Positions 32,422 through 43,726 of a DNA stretch of 64,000 bases are shown here, in pieces. Below the pieces are notes generated by a model. The model was not told the DNA's origin and did no database searches. It saw nothing but the letters and a program-made list of their open reading frames with translations. Each line of letters begins with the position of its first letter. Position 1 is the first letter of the stretch. The DNA is from Roseibium sp. (lineage in GTDB: Bacteria; Pseudomonadota; Alphaproteobacteria; Rhizobiales; Stappiaceae), in contig NZ_OZ247494.1 of assembly GCF_965233565.1 (NCBI RefSeq), positions 4,011,246 through 4,075,245 of the forward strand, read 5' to 3'. The translations under genes and the position numbers were made by a program.

Positions 32422-32963
32422 GCCTCCCTGTGCTCAAGACCGAGCGGCTGACGCTCCGTCCGCTCACGCTTGAGGATGCGGACCGGGTGCGGGCGCTGGT
32501 GGGCGACTATGACGTCTCAAAGATGCTCTCCGTCGTGCCGCATCCTTACAGCCGAGAAGATGCGGTCTGGTGGATCAATCAGACCGCCGCCTTTGATGAA
32601 GACGGAGAACGCGCCTTTGCGATCGACGATGGCAGCGGCCTGATTGGCGCGATTTCGGTGGGGCGGGCAGGTCCGGAGCCGGATTTCGGCTATTGGCTCG
32701 GCAAGCCCTACTGGGGCAGGGGGTTCATGAGCGAGGCGGCGCGCGCGGTGCTGACCTGGCATTTCGGCGAAAGCCCTGAAACGACGGTCACGAGCGGTGC
32801 CCTCAACGAAAACCCGGCCTCGCTCAACGTCTTGCGCAAACTCGGGTTTGACGATCCTCACGCAATTCTCTTGCCGATCCGGGCTCGGGGGGAGGATTTG
32901 CCGGCGACGAAATTCCGGTTGACCCTTGAAGCCTTCCAGGCAGAGGAACCTGTCCTGTCATGA
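32418..32963 (+). CDS. RimJ/RimL-type GNAT acetyltransferase (3 of 4)
   Basis: LKTERLTLRP, GYWLGKPYWGRGFMSEA and NPASLNVLRKLGF motifs; ATGA overlap. Confidence 0.9.
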   Translation: MSLPVLKTERLTLRPLTLEDADRVRALVGDYDVSKMLSVVPHPYSREDAVWWINQTAAFDEDGERAFAIDDGSGLIGAISVGRAGPEPDFGYWLGKPYWGRGFMSEAARAVLTWHFGESPETTVTSGALNENPASLNVLRKLGFDDPHAILLPIRARGEDLPATKFRLTLEAFQAEEPVLS

Positions 32964-33505
32964 CTGCGATCAATCTGAAAACGGACCGCTTGCAATTGCG
33001 TGCACCTTGTCCGGAGGATCTTCAAAGCTGTGCGGAGCTGCTTGGCGACTACGAAGTGGCCAAGATGCTCTCGCGCGTTCCTTATCCATATGATCTGGAC
33101 GCCGGCAAAGCCTATCTCAGCCGCTCCGTCGAGCGTTGGCGGGATATTGAAACCGCTGATGAACTCGGGCTTCACATTGATCATAATGGCCGAATGATCG
33201 GCGGCATGGGCTTCAAAAAGTTGCAGGAAACCCCCGAGATCGGCTATTGGCTGGGGCGCCCCTATTGGGGCAAGGGGTTTATGAGCGAAGCGGTCGAGGC
33301 CGCCGTGACCTGGCTGTTCCAGAACACCGGGCACGAGCGACTGGCCGGCGAGGCCATGACAGAGAATTCCGGTTCTCTGAAAGTGCTCGAAAAACTCGGC
33401 TTCCGGCTGGTGGGCGAGGTCGGTTGCAAAAGCGTTTCGCGCGGGACCACAATCCCCGCCCTTCGCATGGAAGTCACACGAACCGAATTTCTGAACGGCC
33501 ACTGA
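32960..33505 (+). CDS. RimJ/RimL-type GNAT acetyltransferase (4 of 4)
   Basis: LKTDRLQLR, GYWLGRPYWGKGFMSEA and NSGSLKVLEKLGF motifs; ATGA overlap. Confidence 0.9.
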   Translation: MTAINLKTDRLQLRAPCPEDLQSCAELLGDYEVAKMLSRVPYPYDLDAGKAYLSRSVERWRDIETADELGLHIDHNGRMIGGMGFKKLQETPEIGYWLGRPYWGKGFMSEAVEAAVTWLFQNTGHERLAGEAMTENSGSLKVLEKLGFRLVGEVGCKSVSRGTTIPALRMEVTRTEFLNGH

Positions 33506-33528
33506 CCGGGAAGCGGATCAAGGCCTGA

Positions 33529-34601
<1,073 letters not shown>

Positions 34602-34602
<1 letters not shown>

Positions 34603-35735
34603 TGACCCGCAGCCTGAAAAGTTTCAGCCGGATTGTCGTCAAGATCGGATCCGCTCTTCTGGTCGAGCGCGGCGAACTGAAACGCGCCTGGCTGGATGCG
34701 CTGATTTCGGATCTGGCAGGCCTCGCCAAGAGCGGCGCGGACGTGCTGATCGTCTCCTCCGGTTCGATCGCGCTCGGGCGCGGTATCCTGGGTCTGCCCA
34801 AGGGGCCGCTGAAACTTGAGGAAAGCCAGGCGGCGGCCGCTGCCGGGCAGATCGCACTTGCCCAGGCCTATGCGGATGCGCTTGGTGCCCATGGCAAGAA
34901 GGCGGGTCAGATCCTTCTGACCCTCGGCGACACGGAAGAGCGCCGGCGCTATCTCAATGCCCGGGCAACCATCGGCACGCTGCTCAAGCTCGGCGCCGTG
35001 CCGATCATCAATGAAAACGACTCTGTCGCCACCTCCGAGATCCGCTACGGCGACAACGACCGGCTGGCGGCACGCGTGGCGACCATGGCAAGCGCCGACT
35101 GTCTTGTGCTCCTGTCCGATATTGACGGGCTTTATACGGCCCCGCCCGCGCAGAACCCGGATGCGGTGTTCCTGCCCGAAGTCCCGCGGATCACCGCCGA
35201 GATCGAGGCGATGGCGGGCAGCGCCGGCTCGGAGCTGTCGCGCGGTGGCATGAAGACCAAGATCGATGCGGGCAAGATTGCCACGGCCGCCGGAACCTCG
35301 ATGGTGATCACCTCCGGCAAGGAACTCAATCCGCTGCAGCGCCTGGAAGAGGGCGCGCGCGGCACCTGGTTTCCGGCGCTCAGCTCTCCGGCAAGTGCCC
35401 GCAAGGCCTGGATCGGCGGTCATCTGGAACCACGTGGCCGGGTCACGCTGGACGATGGCGCCGTAAAGGCCATGACCTCCGGCAAAAGCCTTCTGCCGGC
35501 AGGCGTCGCGGATGTTTCCGGCAGTTTCGGCAGGGGCGATGCCGTTATTCTGACAGACAAGGCCGGCCGCACGATCGGGCGGGGCCTGATCGCTTATGAC
35601 GCGGACGAGGCACAGCTGATTGCCGGGCGCAACAGCAAGGAAATCGAGGCCATCGTCGGCTATCCGGGGCGCGCGGAAATGATCCACCGGGACGATCTTG
35701 TCCTGGAGGATGCCTTTTTATCAGGAACGCGCTAA
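34602..35735 (+). CDS. proB: Glutamate 5-kinase
   Basis: VVKIGS, INENDSV, YGDNDRL and GGMKTK motifs plus a C-terminal PUA domain. The start ATG overlaps the obgE stop. Confidence 0.96.
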
Positions 35736-35791
35736 AACGCGTTTGAATGAGCGGCTTGCCGTTGCGGCCGCGAGTATGGGAGTTGGAGAAG

Positions 35792-37072
35792 ATGCTGGAA
35801 GTCGTCGAGGCACAGTCGACCGAGGAACTGATGGCGGAGATCGGGCAGCGTGCCCGTGCCGCCGGCCGGGTCCTTGCCACGGCCCCAGCAGAGCAGAAAG
35901 ACCGGGCCCTGAAGGAAATGGCCGCCGCCGTCAGGGCAGCCACACCGCAGATCCTGGCCGGCAACCGCGTCGACGTTGAAACCATGACGGCCAATGGCCA
36001 GACGGCCGCCTTTCTGGATCGCGGCACGCTCAACGAAGAGCGGATCGAGGCGATTGCCGGGGCTCTTGAGGACATCGTCGCGCTGGACGATCCGGTCGGC
36101 AGCGTCATGGCGGCCTGGGACCGCCCCAACGGCCTGAAGATCCAGCGGGTGCGCACGCCGCTTGGCGTGATCGGTGTGATCTATGAAAGCCGCCCGAATG
36201 TGACGGCCGATGCCGGCGCCCTCTGTCTGAAAGCCGGCAATGCGGTGGTCCTGCGTGGCGGCTCCGACACCATCCAGTCCAACCGGGCGATCCATGCCGC
36301 CCTGCAAAAAGGCCTGGCGGCTGCGGGTTTGCCGGAGGACGCCATCCAGATCGTTCCGGTAACGGATCGGGCTGCGGTCGGTGAAATGCTGCGTGGTCTG
36401 AACGGCAATCTCGATGTCATCGTGCCGCGCGGCGGCCGCAGCCTGGTCGAACGGGTGCAGACGGAAGCCCGCGTGCCGGTCTTCGCCCATCTGGAAGGCC
36501 TGGTGCATATCTTTGTCGACAAGGCGGCCGACCTTGCCGCGGCCGTGGACGTGGTCGTCAACTCCAAGCTGCGCCGCACGGGCATCTGCGGCGCCCTGGA
36601 GACGCTGCTGGTGCACGAGGCGGTGGCGCACAGCCATCTGCCGGTGATCGTCAAGGCACTGCAGGACAAGGGCTGCGAAGTGCGCGGCGACGCTGTGGTG
36701 CGTGATATCTGCGAGAACATCGTTCCTGCCAGCGAGGAAGACTGGTCAACCGAATATCTCGACACGATCCTGTCGGTGAAGGTCGTTGCGGATCTGGACG
36801 CGGCGATGGACCATATCGCCACATACGGTTCCAACCACACCGATTGCATCCTGACCGAAGACCAGGCGGTTGCGGACCGGTTTCAGGCCGAAGTGGATTC
36901 GGCCATCGTGCTGCACAATGCCTCGACGCAGTTCGCCGATGGCGGCGAATTTGGCATGGGCGCGGAAATCGGCATTGCCACCGGCCGCATGCATGCGCGC
37001 GGTCCCGTGGGCGTCGAGCAGCTGACCAGTTTCAAATACAAGGTGCATGGCACGGGTCAGACCCGTCCGTGA
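35792..37072 (+). CDS. proA: Gamma-glutamyl phosphate reductase
   Basis: [25 protein letters not shown] and [15 protein letters not shown] motifs. Start ATG 35792 behind GGAG. Confidence 0.96.
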   Translation: MLEVVEAQSTEELMAEIGQRARAAGRVLATAPAEQKDRALKEMAAAVRAATPQILAGNRVDVETMTANGQTAAFLDRGTLNEERIEAIAGALEDIVALDDPVGSVMAAWDRPNGLKIQRVRTPLGVIGVIYESRPNVTADAGALCLKAGNAVVLRGGSDTIQSNRAIHAALQKGLAAAGLPEDAIQIVPVTDRAAVGEMLRGLNGNLDVIVPRGGRSLVERVQTEARVPVFAHLEGLVHIFVDKAADLAAAVDVVVNSKLRRTGICGALETLLVHEAVAHSHLPVIVKALQDKGCEVRGDAVVRDICENIVPASEEDWSTEYLDTILSVKVVADLDAAMDHIATYGSNHTDCILTEDQAVADRFQAEVDSAIVLHNASTQFADGGEFGMGAEIGIATGRMHARGPVGVEQLTSFKYKVHGTGQTRP

Positions 37073-37115
37073 CCTTTCCCTGCATTCGTGAGTTCAATGG
37101 CAAAAGGCAACCGGC

Positions 37116-37751
37116 ATGAGCCCGCTTAGTCTGGGGGCGGAGCTCGACAGGGACTGGCTGAAACTGCCGCATGCCGAAGCGGGCAACCGCATCGGCATCT
37201 TCGGCGGTTCGTTCAATCCGCCGCATTCGGGTCACAGGCTGGTCGCCGCGACCGTGTTGAAGCGGCTGGGGCTCGATCAGGTCTGGTGGCTGGTGACGCC
37301 GGGCAATCCGCTGAAGAGCCATTCCGACCTGGCGCCTCTGGAACGGCGCCTGCGTCTGACCAGCGACCTGGCGGACCACCCGCGCATGAAGGTCACCGCC
37401 TTCGAGCAGGTTCTGGGCACGCCCTATACCGCAAGGACCTTGGTGGCCCTGCAGGCGATGCGCCCGGCGGTGCGATTCGTTTGGGTCATGGGTGCTGACA
37501 ATTTAGCCGGCTTTCATTATTGGCAGGATTGGCGTGACATCGTCGGTTCGGTGCCGATTGCGATTGTCGACCGCCCCGGGGCCTCCTTGTCCGTGTTGTC
37601 GTCTCCAATGGCAAAAGCTTATGAAAAATATAGGCTTCCGGAGGAAGACGCGGCATTGCTGCCGGATATGCAGGCACCGATATGGACGTTTTTGCATACA
37701 CCGCTCGACCAGACGTCATCGACGGACCTGCGGCGCGGCGCATCAAAATGA
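37116..37751 (+). CDS. nadD: Nicotinate-nucleotide adenylyltransferase
   Basis: GGSFNPPHSGH, MGADNL and SST motifs. Confidence 0.95.
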   Translation: MSPLSLGAELDRDWLKLPHAEAGNRIGIFGGSFNPPHSGHRLVAATVLKRLGLDQVWWLVTPGNPLKSHSDLAPLERRLRLTSDLADHPRMKVTAFEQVLGTPYTARTLVALQAMRPAVRFVWVMGADNLAGFHYWQDWRDIVGSVPIAIVDRPGASLSVLSSPMAKAYEKYRLPEEDAALLPDMQAPIWTFLHTPLDQTSSTDLRRGASK

Positions 37752-37954
37752 TCAGCAGATTTACCGAGAATTCCGGGCTGTCTTGAAAATGCCAAACGGG
37801 AAGCGGTATTATAGGGACGGTCGCGACGAGCGCGGCCGAGGTACGGTCAACCGGTCCTGTTCCCAAAACGGGTGACGTATGAAGACGAACGTTTCTGTTC
37901 GTGACGACGTTGGGCTCAGGACGGCACAAACGGCGAAAGGCACAACACCTGACC

Positions 37955-38365
37955 ATGACCTTTGAAAGCGAGCGGGCTGACATGTCCACTCCTATGACGG
38001 CTTCCGTAAGCGCAGATCTTGCGGCAGACCTCCTCGATACGGTCCTCTCCAGTCTTGACGACTCGAAAGCCGAGGACCTGGTAACTCTCGACATCGCAGG
38101 CAAGAGTTCGCTGGCCGATCACATGGTGATCGCGTCCGGGCGCTCCCATCGTCATGTGGGCGCGATTGCGGATCATTTGCTGAAGGACCTGAAAGCGGCC
38201 GGTGCCGGCAAGGCAACGGTTGAGGGCCTGAACACCTGTGATTGGGTACTGATTGACGCTGGCGATGTGATCATTCACATTTTCCGTCCTGAAGTCCGCG
38301 GCTTCTACAATCTGGAAAAGATGTGGGCGCCCGAGACGGACGACGCGCCGCAGTTTATCGGCTGA
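37955..38365 (+). CDS. rsfS: Ribosome silencing factor RsfS (Iojap)
   Basis: LDDSKAED, IASGRSHRHV, WVLID.GDVIIHIF and FYNLEKMW motifs. The start is uncertain (37901-37982). Confidence 0.93.
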   Translation: MTFESERADMSTPMTASVSADLAADLLDTVLSSLDDSKAEDLVTLDIAGKSSLADHMVIASGRSHRHVGAIADHLLKDLKAAGAGKATVEGLNTCDWVLIDAGDVIIHIFRPEVRGFYNLEKMWAPETDDAPQFIG

Positions 38366-38441
38366 GGAGATCTGGGGTCCCGAAAGGGGCCTGGATCACC
38401 GTCTGATATTTTGGACCGGATCAACATCCGGCGAGGACTTT

Positions 38442-38924
38442 ATGCGCTTTACGCTTTTCTGCATTGGCAAGATGAAGGCCGGTGCGGACAAAGAACTTTT
38501 CGACCGCTATCTGGACCGTGCGCGAAAGACCGGGCGCGGGCTGGGTGTCACAGAGGTCGCTCTTCAGGAAACACCGGAAAGCCGCGCCCAGCGGCCGGAC
38601 GACCGCAAGGCGGACGAAGCCAGGACCCTGATTCAGGGGCTGGGCACCGGCGCGCGTCTGGTGGTTCTGGATGAAAACGGCAAGAACCTGACCAGCCCGG
38701 CCTTCAGTCAGAAACTGGAAGCCTGGAAAGATGAAGGGGTTCCGGAGGTCGTGTTTGCGATCGGCGGAGCTGATGGCCATGGCCAGGAAGCCCTTGCCAG
38801 GGCGGATCTGAAACTTGCGCTCGGGTCGATGACCTGGCCGCACCAGATCGCACGCATTCTCCTGGCGGAGCAGATCTACCGGGCGATGACCATTCAATCC
38901 GGCCACCCCTATCACCGCGTGTGA
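38442..38924 (+). CDS. rlmH: 23S rRNA pseudouridine-1915 N3-methyltransferase
   Basis: LDENGK, FAIGGADG, SMTWPHQIAR..LAEQIYRA and GHPYHR motifs. Confidence 0.96.
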   Translation: MRFTLFCIGKMKAGADKELFDRYLDRARKTGRGLGVTEVALQETPESRAQRPDDRKADEARTLIQGLGTGARLVVLDENGKNLTSPAFSQKLEAWKDEGVPEVVFAIGGADGHGQEALARADLKLALGSMTWPHQIARILLAEQIYRAMTIQSGHPYHRV

Positions 38925-39449
38925 TTGTCCGGGACAGAAGAGAGAAACCTGTTGGCACCGACCCTGGAAACCGAGCGCCTTATCCTGCGCCCCATGAACA
39001 TGGAAGACTGGCCGGACTACTGGCAGTTGATGCGGTCCGAGCGGTCCCGCTTCATGGGCGGGCCGCTCTCCGAATTTGCAGCCTGGGGCATGTTCTGCCA
39101 CGACGTGGCACAATGGTCGCTGATGGGGCATGGCGCCTTGATGATAGACCACCGGGAGACCGGGCGCTGTCTCGGCCAGGTCGGCATCAATCACGGGCCG
39201 CTTTTTCCCGAGCATGAGCTCGGCTGGTATGTCTATGAGCATGCCGAAGGACGGGGCTACGCGTTCGAGGCGGCAAAGGCCTTTCGGGACTGGGCGGCCG
39301 ACACGCGAAAACTGCCGGCGCTGGTGAGCTACATGGACCCTGACAACATCCGGTCGGCGCGGCTTGCCGAGCGTCTGGGGGCGGTGCTCGACCCGGACGC
39401 TCCAAGGACGGATCCGCGCGACCTTGTCTACCGTCATTTCGGCCCCTGA
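38925..39449 (+). CDS. RimJ/RimL-type GNAT acetyltransferase
   Basis: LETERLILRP, ELGW...EGRGYAFEA and DNIRSARLAERLG motifs. Confidence 0.88.
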   Translation: MSGTEERNLLAPTLETERLILRPMNMEDWPDYWQLMRSERSRFMGGPLSEFAAWGMFCHDVAQWSLMGHGALMIDHRETGRCLGQVGINHGPLFPEHELGWYVYEHAEGRGYAFEAAKAFRDWAADTRKLPALVSYMDPDNIRSARLAERLGAVLDPDAPRTDPRDLVYRHFGP

Positions 39450-39719
39450 CAGGGGAACTGGCAGTCCGAAGACGGCCGAAATCTGTTCCTCTGCGTCAGA
39501 TGACGGAAGTTTAACTTTGAAAATGGCCGGAAATGGGCACTCTGCCCGTATCTCGCCGCATTCGGACCGTATCGCTTTTCGATTACCGGAAAGACAAGGT
39601 TAGGTCGAAAGCGGTGCACGCGTGGAGAGTTTGTTAACAGGCCGGTCATCAGGGTAAACGCTTCGTTAACGCAGACTGTGTATCGCAAGAGAAGGATAAC
39701 CTTTGGGAGCTGAGGCAGG

Positions 39720-41111
39720 TTGAAACCGGATCGCATCACGCATATGCGTCCAGATCTTGAGAAACGGTGGCAGTGGCGACCGTTCTTGAGCGGCCTTGTT
39801 CTGAGCATGCTTTTGCCGGTGACACCGGTCCTTGCCTCCGAAAGCGTGGATGAGACGACGGTCGAGAAGCCGGCGGTTGCTCCTGAAGTCAGCGCTGCCC
39901 TGGAGCGCAAAAAGGCGCGGGAACAGGAATTGGCGGCCCTCTCACGCGATATTGATGTATCGACGGACAGGCAGGCAGCAATTGCCCGCGAGATCCGGGC
40001 GCTCGACAGGGATCGCGAAACGCTCAACGCCAAGATCATCGGCACGTCCGACACGATCAGGGGGCTGGAAACCAGGCTGAGCGACACCGAGCGGCGCCTG
40101 CGCGCGCTTGGCGAAAACGAGGATGCCGTCCGGCTGTCGCTGATTGCGCGGCGGGACATCCTGGCCGAAGTGCTGGCGGCGCTGCAGCGGATCGGCAAGC
40201 GGCCGCCTCCGGCGCTCGCCGTGCGTCCGAGCGACGCTCTTTCGGCGGTCCGCAGTGCGATTCTGTTGAACGCCGTGATGCCGGAACTGAAGGTCGAGAC
40301 GGAAGCGCTGGCAGCCGATCTGGAGGAACTTCACCGCCTGAAAGCGGTGATAGCGGAGGAAAAGAACCGTCTGCGCGGTGACGCCATGCGATTGGCTGAG
40401 GAAAAGTCGCGGCTGGAGCTTCTGCTCAGCGCAAAAAGGCAGGAACATCAGAAATCGGTTCGAGTCCTGAGAGAGGAAAAGGAACGCGCGGCCGAACTTG
40501 CAAACAAGGCGGGATCGCTGCAGGAACTGATCGCGAGCCTCGAGCAGGAAATCGAGAGCGCGCGCGAAGCAGCGGAAAAATCCCGCCAGGCGGCCCTGGA
40601 TGCGAAACGGCAAGGCAAACGCAGTTTCGATCCGTTCAGCGATCCCGGCCGGCTCGCACCGGCGGTGCCGTTCCAGGAAACGCGCGGGAAATTGCCGCAG
40701 CCCGTGTCCGGCACCCTGTTGAAGGATTTCGGCCAGGAAGATGATTTTGGCGGTGTGACGGAAGGTCAATCTATTGCCACAAGGCCGGGCTCTAATGTCA
40801 CGGCGCCGGCGGACGGATGGGTGGTTTATTCAGGACCTTTCCGTTCTTTCGGTCAGCTCTTGATCCTGAACACGGGCGACGGCTACCATGTGCTCCTGGC
40901 CGGCATGGATCGGATCGATGCGGAATTGGGGCAGTTTGTTTTGACCGGGGAACCGGTTGGTGTGATGGGCGCGACCCAATGGGCGAGCGCTTCGACATTC
41001 GGCTTGGGCTCGACCCAACCGATCCTATATGTTGAATTTCGGAAGGACGGCCGTGCGATCGATCCCACGCCTTGGTGGGCACGCACAGAAGAAGAAAAGG
41101 CTCGCGGATGA
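39720..41111 (+). CDS. envC: Murein hydrolase activator EnvC family (coiled coil + degenerate M23)
   Basis: Signal/TM segment, long coiled coil and C-terminal LytM domain (YSGPFRSFGQLLIL...LYVEFRKDG..IDP). It sits upstream of ctpA. An alternative start is ATG 39744. Confidence 0.85.
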   Translation: MKPDRITHMRPDLEKRWQWRPFLSGLVLSMLLPVTPVLASESVDETTVEKPAVAPEVSAALERKKAREQELAALSRDIDVSTDRQAAIAREIRALDRDRETLNAKIIGTSDTIRGLETRLSDTERRLRALGENEDAVRLSLIARRDILAEVLAALQRIGKRPPPALAVRPSDALSAVRSAILLNAVMPELKVETEALAADLEELHRLKAVIAEEKNRLRGDAMRLAEEKSRLELLLSAKRQEHQKSVRVLREEKERAAELANKAGSLQELIASLEQEIESAREAAEKSRQAALDAKRQGKRSFDPFSDPGRLAPAVPFQETRGKLPQPVSGTLLKDFGQEDDFGGVTEGQSIATRPGSNVTAPADGWVVYSGPFRSFGQLLILNTGDGYHVLLAGMDRIDAELGQFVLTGEPVGVMGATQWASASTFGLGSTQPILYVEFRKDGRAIDPTPWWARTEEEKARG

Positions 41112-42436
41112 TACGGAAAACTTCCTTGCTGCTGGTGGGTGCCCTGATGGGAGCGGCAGCGGTTACGACACTGTCCCAGATGCCGCTCAATGTTTCGGGA
41201 GCCGCCAACGCCGCGGCCACCGACACGTATCGGCAACTGAACCTCTTCGGCGACGTGTTCGAGCGGGTCCGCTCCGACTATGTGGAAGTGCCGGACGATG
41301 CTCAGCTGATCGAAAGCGCCATCAACGGCATGCTGACTTCGCTGGATCCCCATTCCAGCTACATGTCCCCCAAGAGCTTCCGCGACATGCAGGTGCAGAC
41401 CCGCGGTGAGTTCGGCGGCCTCGGCATCGAGGTCACCATGGAAGAAGGCCTCGTCAAGGTCGTGTCTCCGATCGATGACACGCCGGCAGCCAAGGCCGGT
41501 GTCCTGGCGGGTGACCTGATCACCTATATCGACGGCGAGCAGGTTCAGGGCCTCACCCTGAACGAAGCGGTTGAAAAGATGCGTGGCCCGGTCAACACCG
41601 ACATTGTCGTGACCGTGCGCCGCAAGGGCCGTGCCGAGCCGTTCGACATCACCATCACCCGCGATATCATTCGCATCCGCTCCGTGCGCTGGCGCGAAGA
41701 GGATGATGTCGGTTATGTCCGCGTCACCCAGTTCAACGAACAGACTTTCGATGGCCTCAAGAAGGGCATTGAGGAAATGTCGGAGAAGATTGGCGACGAC
41801 AAGCTGAAGGGCTTCATTGTCGATCTGCGCAACAACCCGGGCGGTCTTCTTGACCAGGCGATTGCCGTTTCCGATGCCTTCCTGGACCGCGGCGAGATTG
41901 TCTCGACCCGTGGCCGTGAAGCCGACGAGACGCAGCGCTACAATGCCCGTGCGGGCGATCTGACCGATGGCAAGCCGGTCATCATCCTGGTGAACGGCGG
42001 GTCGGCCTCTGCGTCCGAGATCGTTGCCGGCGCCCTGCAGGACCACCGCCGCGCGACCATTTTGGGCACACGGTCCTTCGGCAAGGGCTCCGTCCAGACG
42101 ATCATCCCGCTGGGCGCAAACGGTGCCATCCGCCTGACCACGGCGCGCTATTACACGCCCTCCGGCACCTCCATCCAGGCCAAGGGAATCGTGCCGGATA
42201 TCGAGGCGCTGCAGGATCTTCCTGAAGAGCTGGTCGGCCGCGTCGACACCAAGGGCGAAGCGGGCCTGCGTGGCCACCTTGAGGCCGATGGTGAAGAGCA
42301 GTCCGGCAGCCAGGCCTATGTGCCGTCGGATCCGGACGAGGACACCCAGCTCAAGCTGGCGCTCGATCTTCTGCGCGGCGTACAGGTCAACAGTGCCTTC
42401 CCGCCTGTCTCCGACAGCGCTGCCGTCAAGAACTGA
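41108..42436 (+). CDS. ctpA: Carboxyl-terminal processing protease (S41, PDZ)
   Basis: LDPHSSY, GGLGIEV, DLRNNPGGLL, SASASEIVAGALQD and SFGKGSVQ motifs. Start ATG 41108. Confidence 0.95.
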   Translation: MIRKTSLLLVGALMGAAAVTTLSQMPLNVSGAANAAATDTYRQLNLFGDVFERVRSDYVEVPDDAQLIESAINGMLTSLDPHSSYMSPKSFRDMQVQTRGEFGGLGIEVTMEEGLVKVVSPIDDTPAAKAGVLAGDLITYIDGEQVQGLTLNEAVEKMRGPVNTDIVVTVRRKGRAEPFDITITRDIIRIRSVRWREEDDVGYVRVTQFNEQTFDGLKKGIEEMSEKIGDDKLKGFIVDLRNNPGGLLDQAIAVSDAFLDRGEIVSTRGREADETQRYNARAGDLTDGKPVIILVNGGSASASEIVAGALQDHRRATILGTRSFGKGSVQTIIPLGANGAIRLTTARYYTPSGTSIQAKGIVPDIEALQDLPEELVGRVDTKGEAGLRGHLEADGEEQSGSQAYVPSDPDEDTQLKLALDLLRGVQVNSAFPPVSDSAAVKN

Positions 42437-42551
42437 TGCCAACGAGGCGCGCCGCCGTGTGGCGGCGCGCCGGTCTCTTTCGTTTTCGTTCTGCGTATTC
42501 CAACAACAACACGTCTCCGGCCGGCGGCCGGACAATTGACTCAGGACGGTA

Positions 42552-43697
42552 ATGTCGAGCGAAGATCTCACAGCTCCCCTAGGTATGGGCAAACGGCGGC
42601 TCGTCAGGCTGCCGTTCGGTCTGATCGGCGTCGGCATCTTGAGCGTCATCTTCACGACTACGCTGATCTGGATCGCGGTCGTGGACGATCCGCTCGGCGG
42701 CGAGCCGGTTGCGGTCCTGCCGCTGGACGCTGTTGTGGAAGGCGTCACGTCCCAGGATATTGAAGTCGTCGAAATCCGTCCGGGTATAGGCGACGATCTC
42801 GGCCCAAATCTGCGGCCGGAAAGCGCCAAGGACCTGATGGGGCCGCGCTATGACATGATCCTGCGACCCGACGGTCTGGGCCCCGAGGCACCCGTCACCA
42901 GCCTGTCGATCAATCCGGACAGCCGTGTCAGCGAACGGTCCGACTATGGCTTCCTGCCCAAGGTGAGCGAAGCGGGCGTGCGCCCGTTGGATGCCTATTC
43001 CCGGCCGGTCGTGAACGAGTTCAAGTCGATCCCGAAAATTGCCGTGGTTGTCACGGGTCTGGGGCTCAGCGAGACCGGCACCCAGAACGCCATCTCCAGC
43101 CTGCCACCGGAAGTCACCTTCGCGCTGGCACCCTATGGCGAGGATCTGGATCTGTGGATGCAACAGGCCCGCACCAAGGGCCACGAACTGTTGCTGCAGC
43201 TGCCGCTCGAACCTTTTGATTTTCCGGACAATGACCCGGGACCACACACGCTCCTGGTCAGTCTCAGGCCCGCTGAAATGCTCGACCGGCTGGCCTATCT
43301 TCTGACACGCGCAACCAATTATGTCGGAACGATTCCTGAAATGGGTGCGCGGTTCACTTCGACCAAGCCGTCCATGGAATATCTGTTTGAAAAACTGAAA
43401 TCCCGTGGCCTGATGTTTGTCGACAACGGAACGTCGTCCCGGTCGATCGCGGCCGAGATGTCCACGGACAAGCGCCTGCCGTTCAGCGGCGTGGATGTGG
43501 TTCTGGACGAGGTGCCAAGGGACGACAATATCGACGCCAAGCTGTTGCAGCTGGAAGGCATCGCCCGCTCCCGAGGGATCGCCGTGGCCGCCGGGTCGGC
43601 GCTTCCCGTGACTGTACGCCAGCTGCAAAAATGGGTACAGGATCTGGAAGAGCGCGGTCTCCAGCTGGTGCCGATCAGCGCCACTATCGACCGGTAG
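42552..43697 (+). CDS. Divergent polysaccharide deacetylase family protein (YibQ/DUF610)
   Basis: N-terminal TM, PPEVTFALAPY, GHELLLQLPLEP and FVDNGTS motifs; conserved position after ctpA. Confidence 0.88.
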   Translation: MSSEDLTAPLGMGKRRLVRLPFGLIGVGILSVIFTTTLIWIAVVDDPLGGEPVAVLPLDAVVEGVTSQDIEVVEIRPGIGDDLGPNLRPESAKDLMGPRYDMILRPDGLGPEAPVTSLSINPDSRVSERSDYGFLPKVSEAGVRPLDAYSRPVVNEFKSIPKIAVVVTGLGLSETGTQNAISSLPPEVTFALAPYGEDLDLWMQQARTKGHELLLQLPLEPFDFPDNDPGPHTLLVSLRPAEMLDRLAYLLTRATNYVGTIPEMGARFTSTKPSMEYLFEKLKSRGLMFVDNGTSSRSIAAEMSTDKRLPFSGVDVVLDEVPRDDNIDAKLLQLEGIARSRGIAVAAGSALPVTVRQLQKWVQDLEERGLQLVPISATIDR

Positions 43698-43726
43698 TTT
43701 TTGATCTTTTTGAAACAGGTGACATC

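Noticed and set aside
40883-42829. 648-aa minus-strand ORF, plus similar long antisense ORFs over fdh (45873-48893) and proB/proA
   Set aside because: They lie antisense to well-supported conserved genes.
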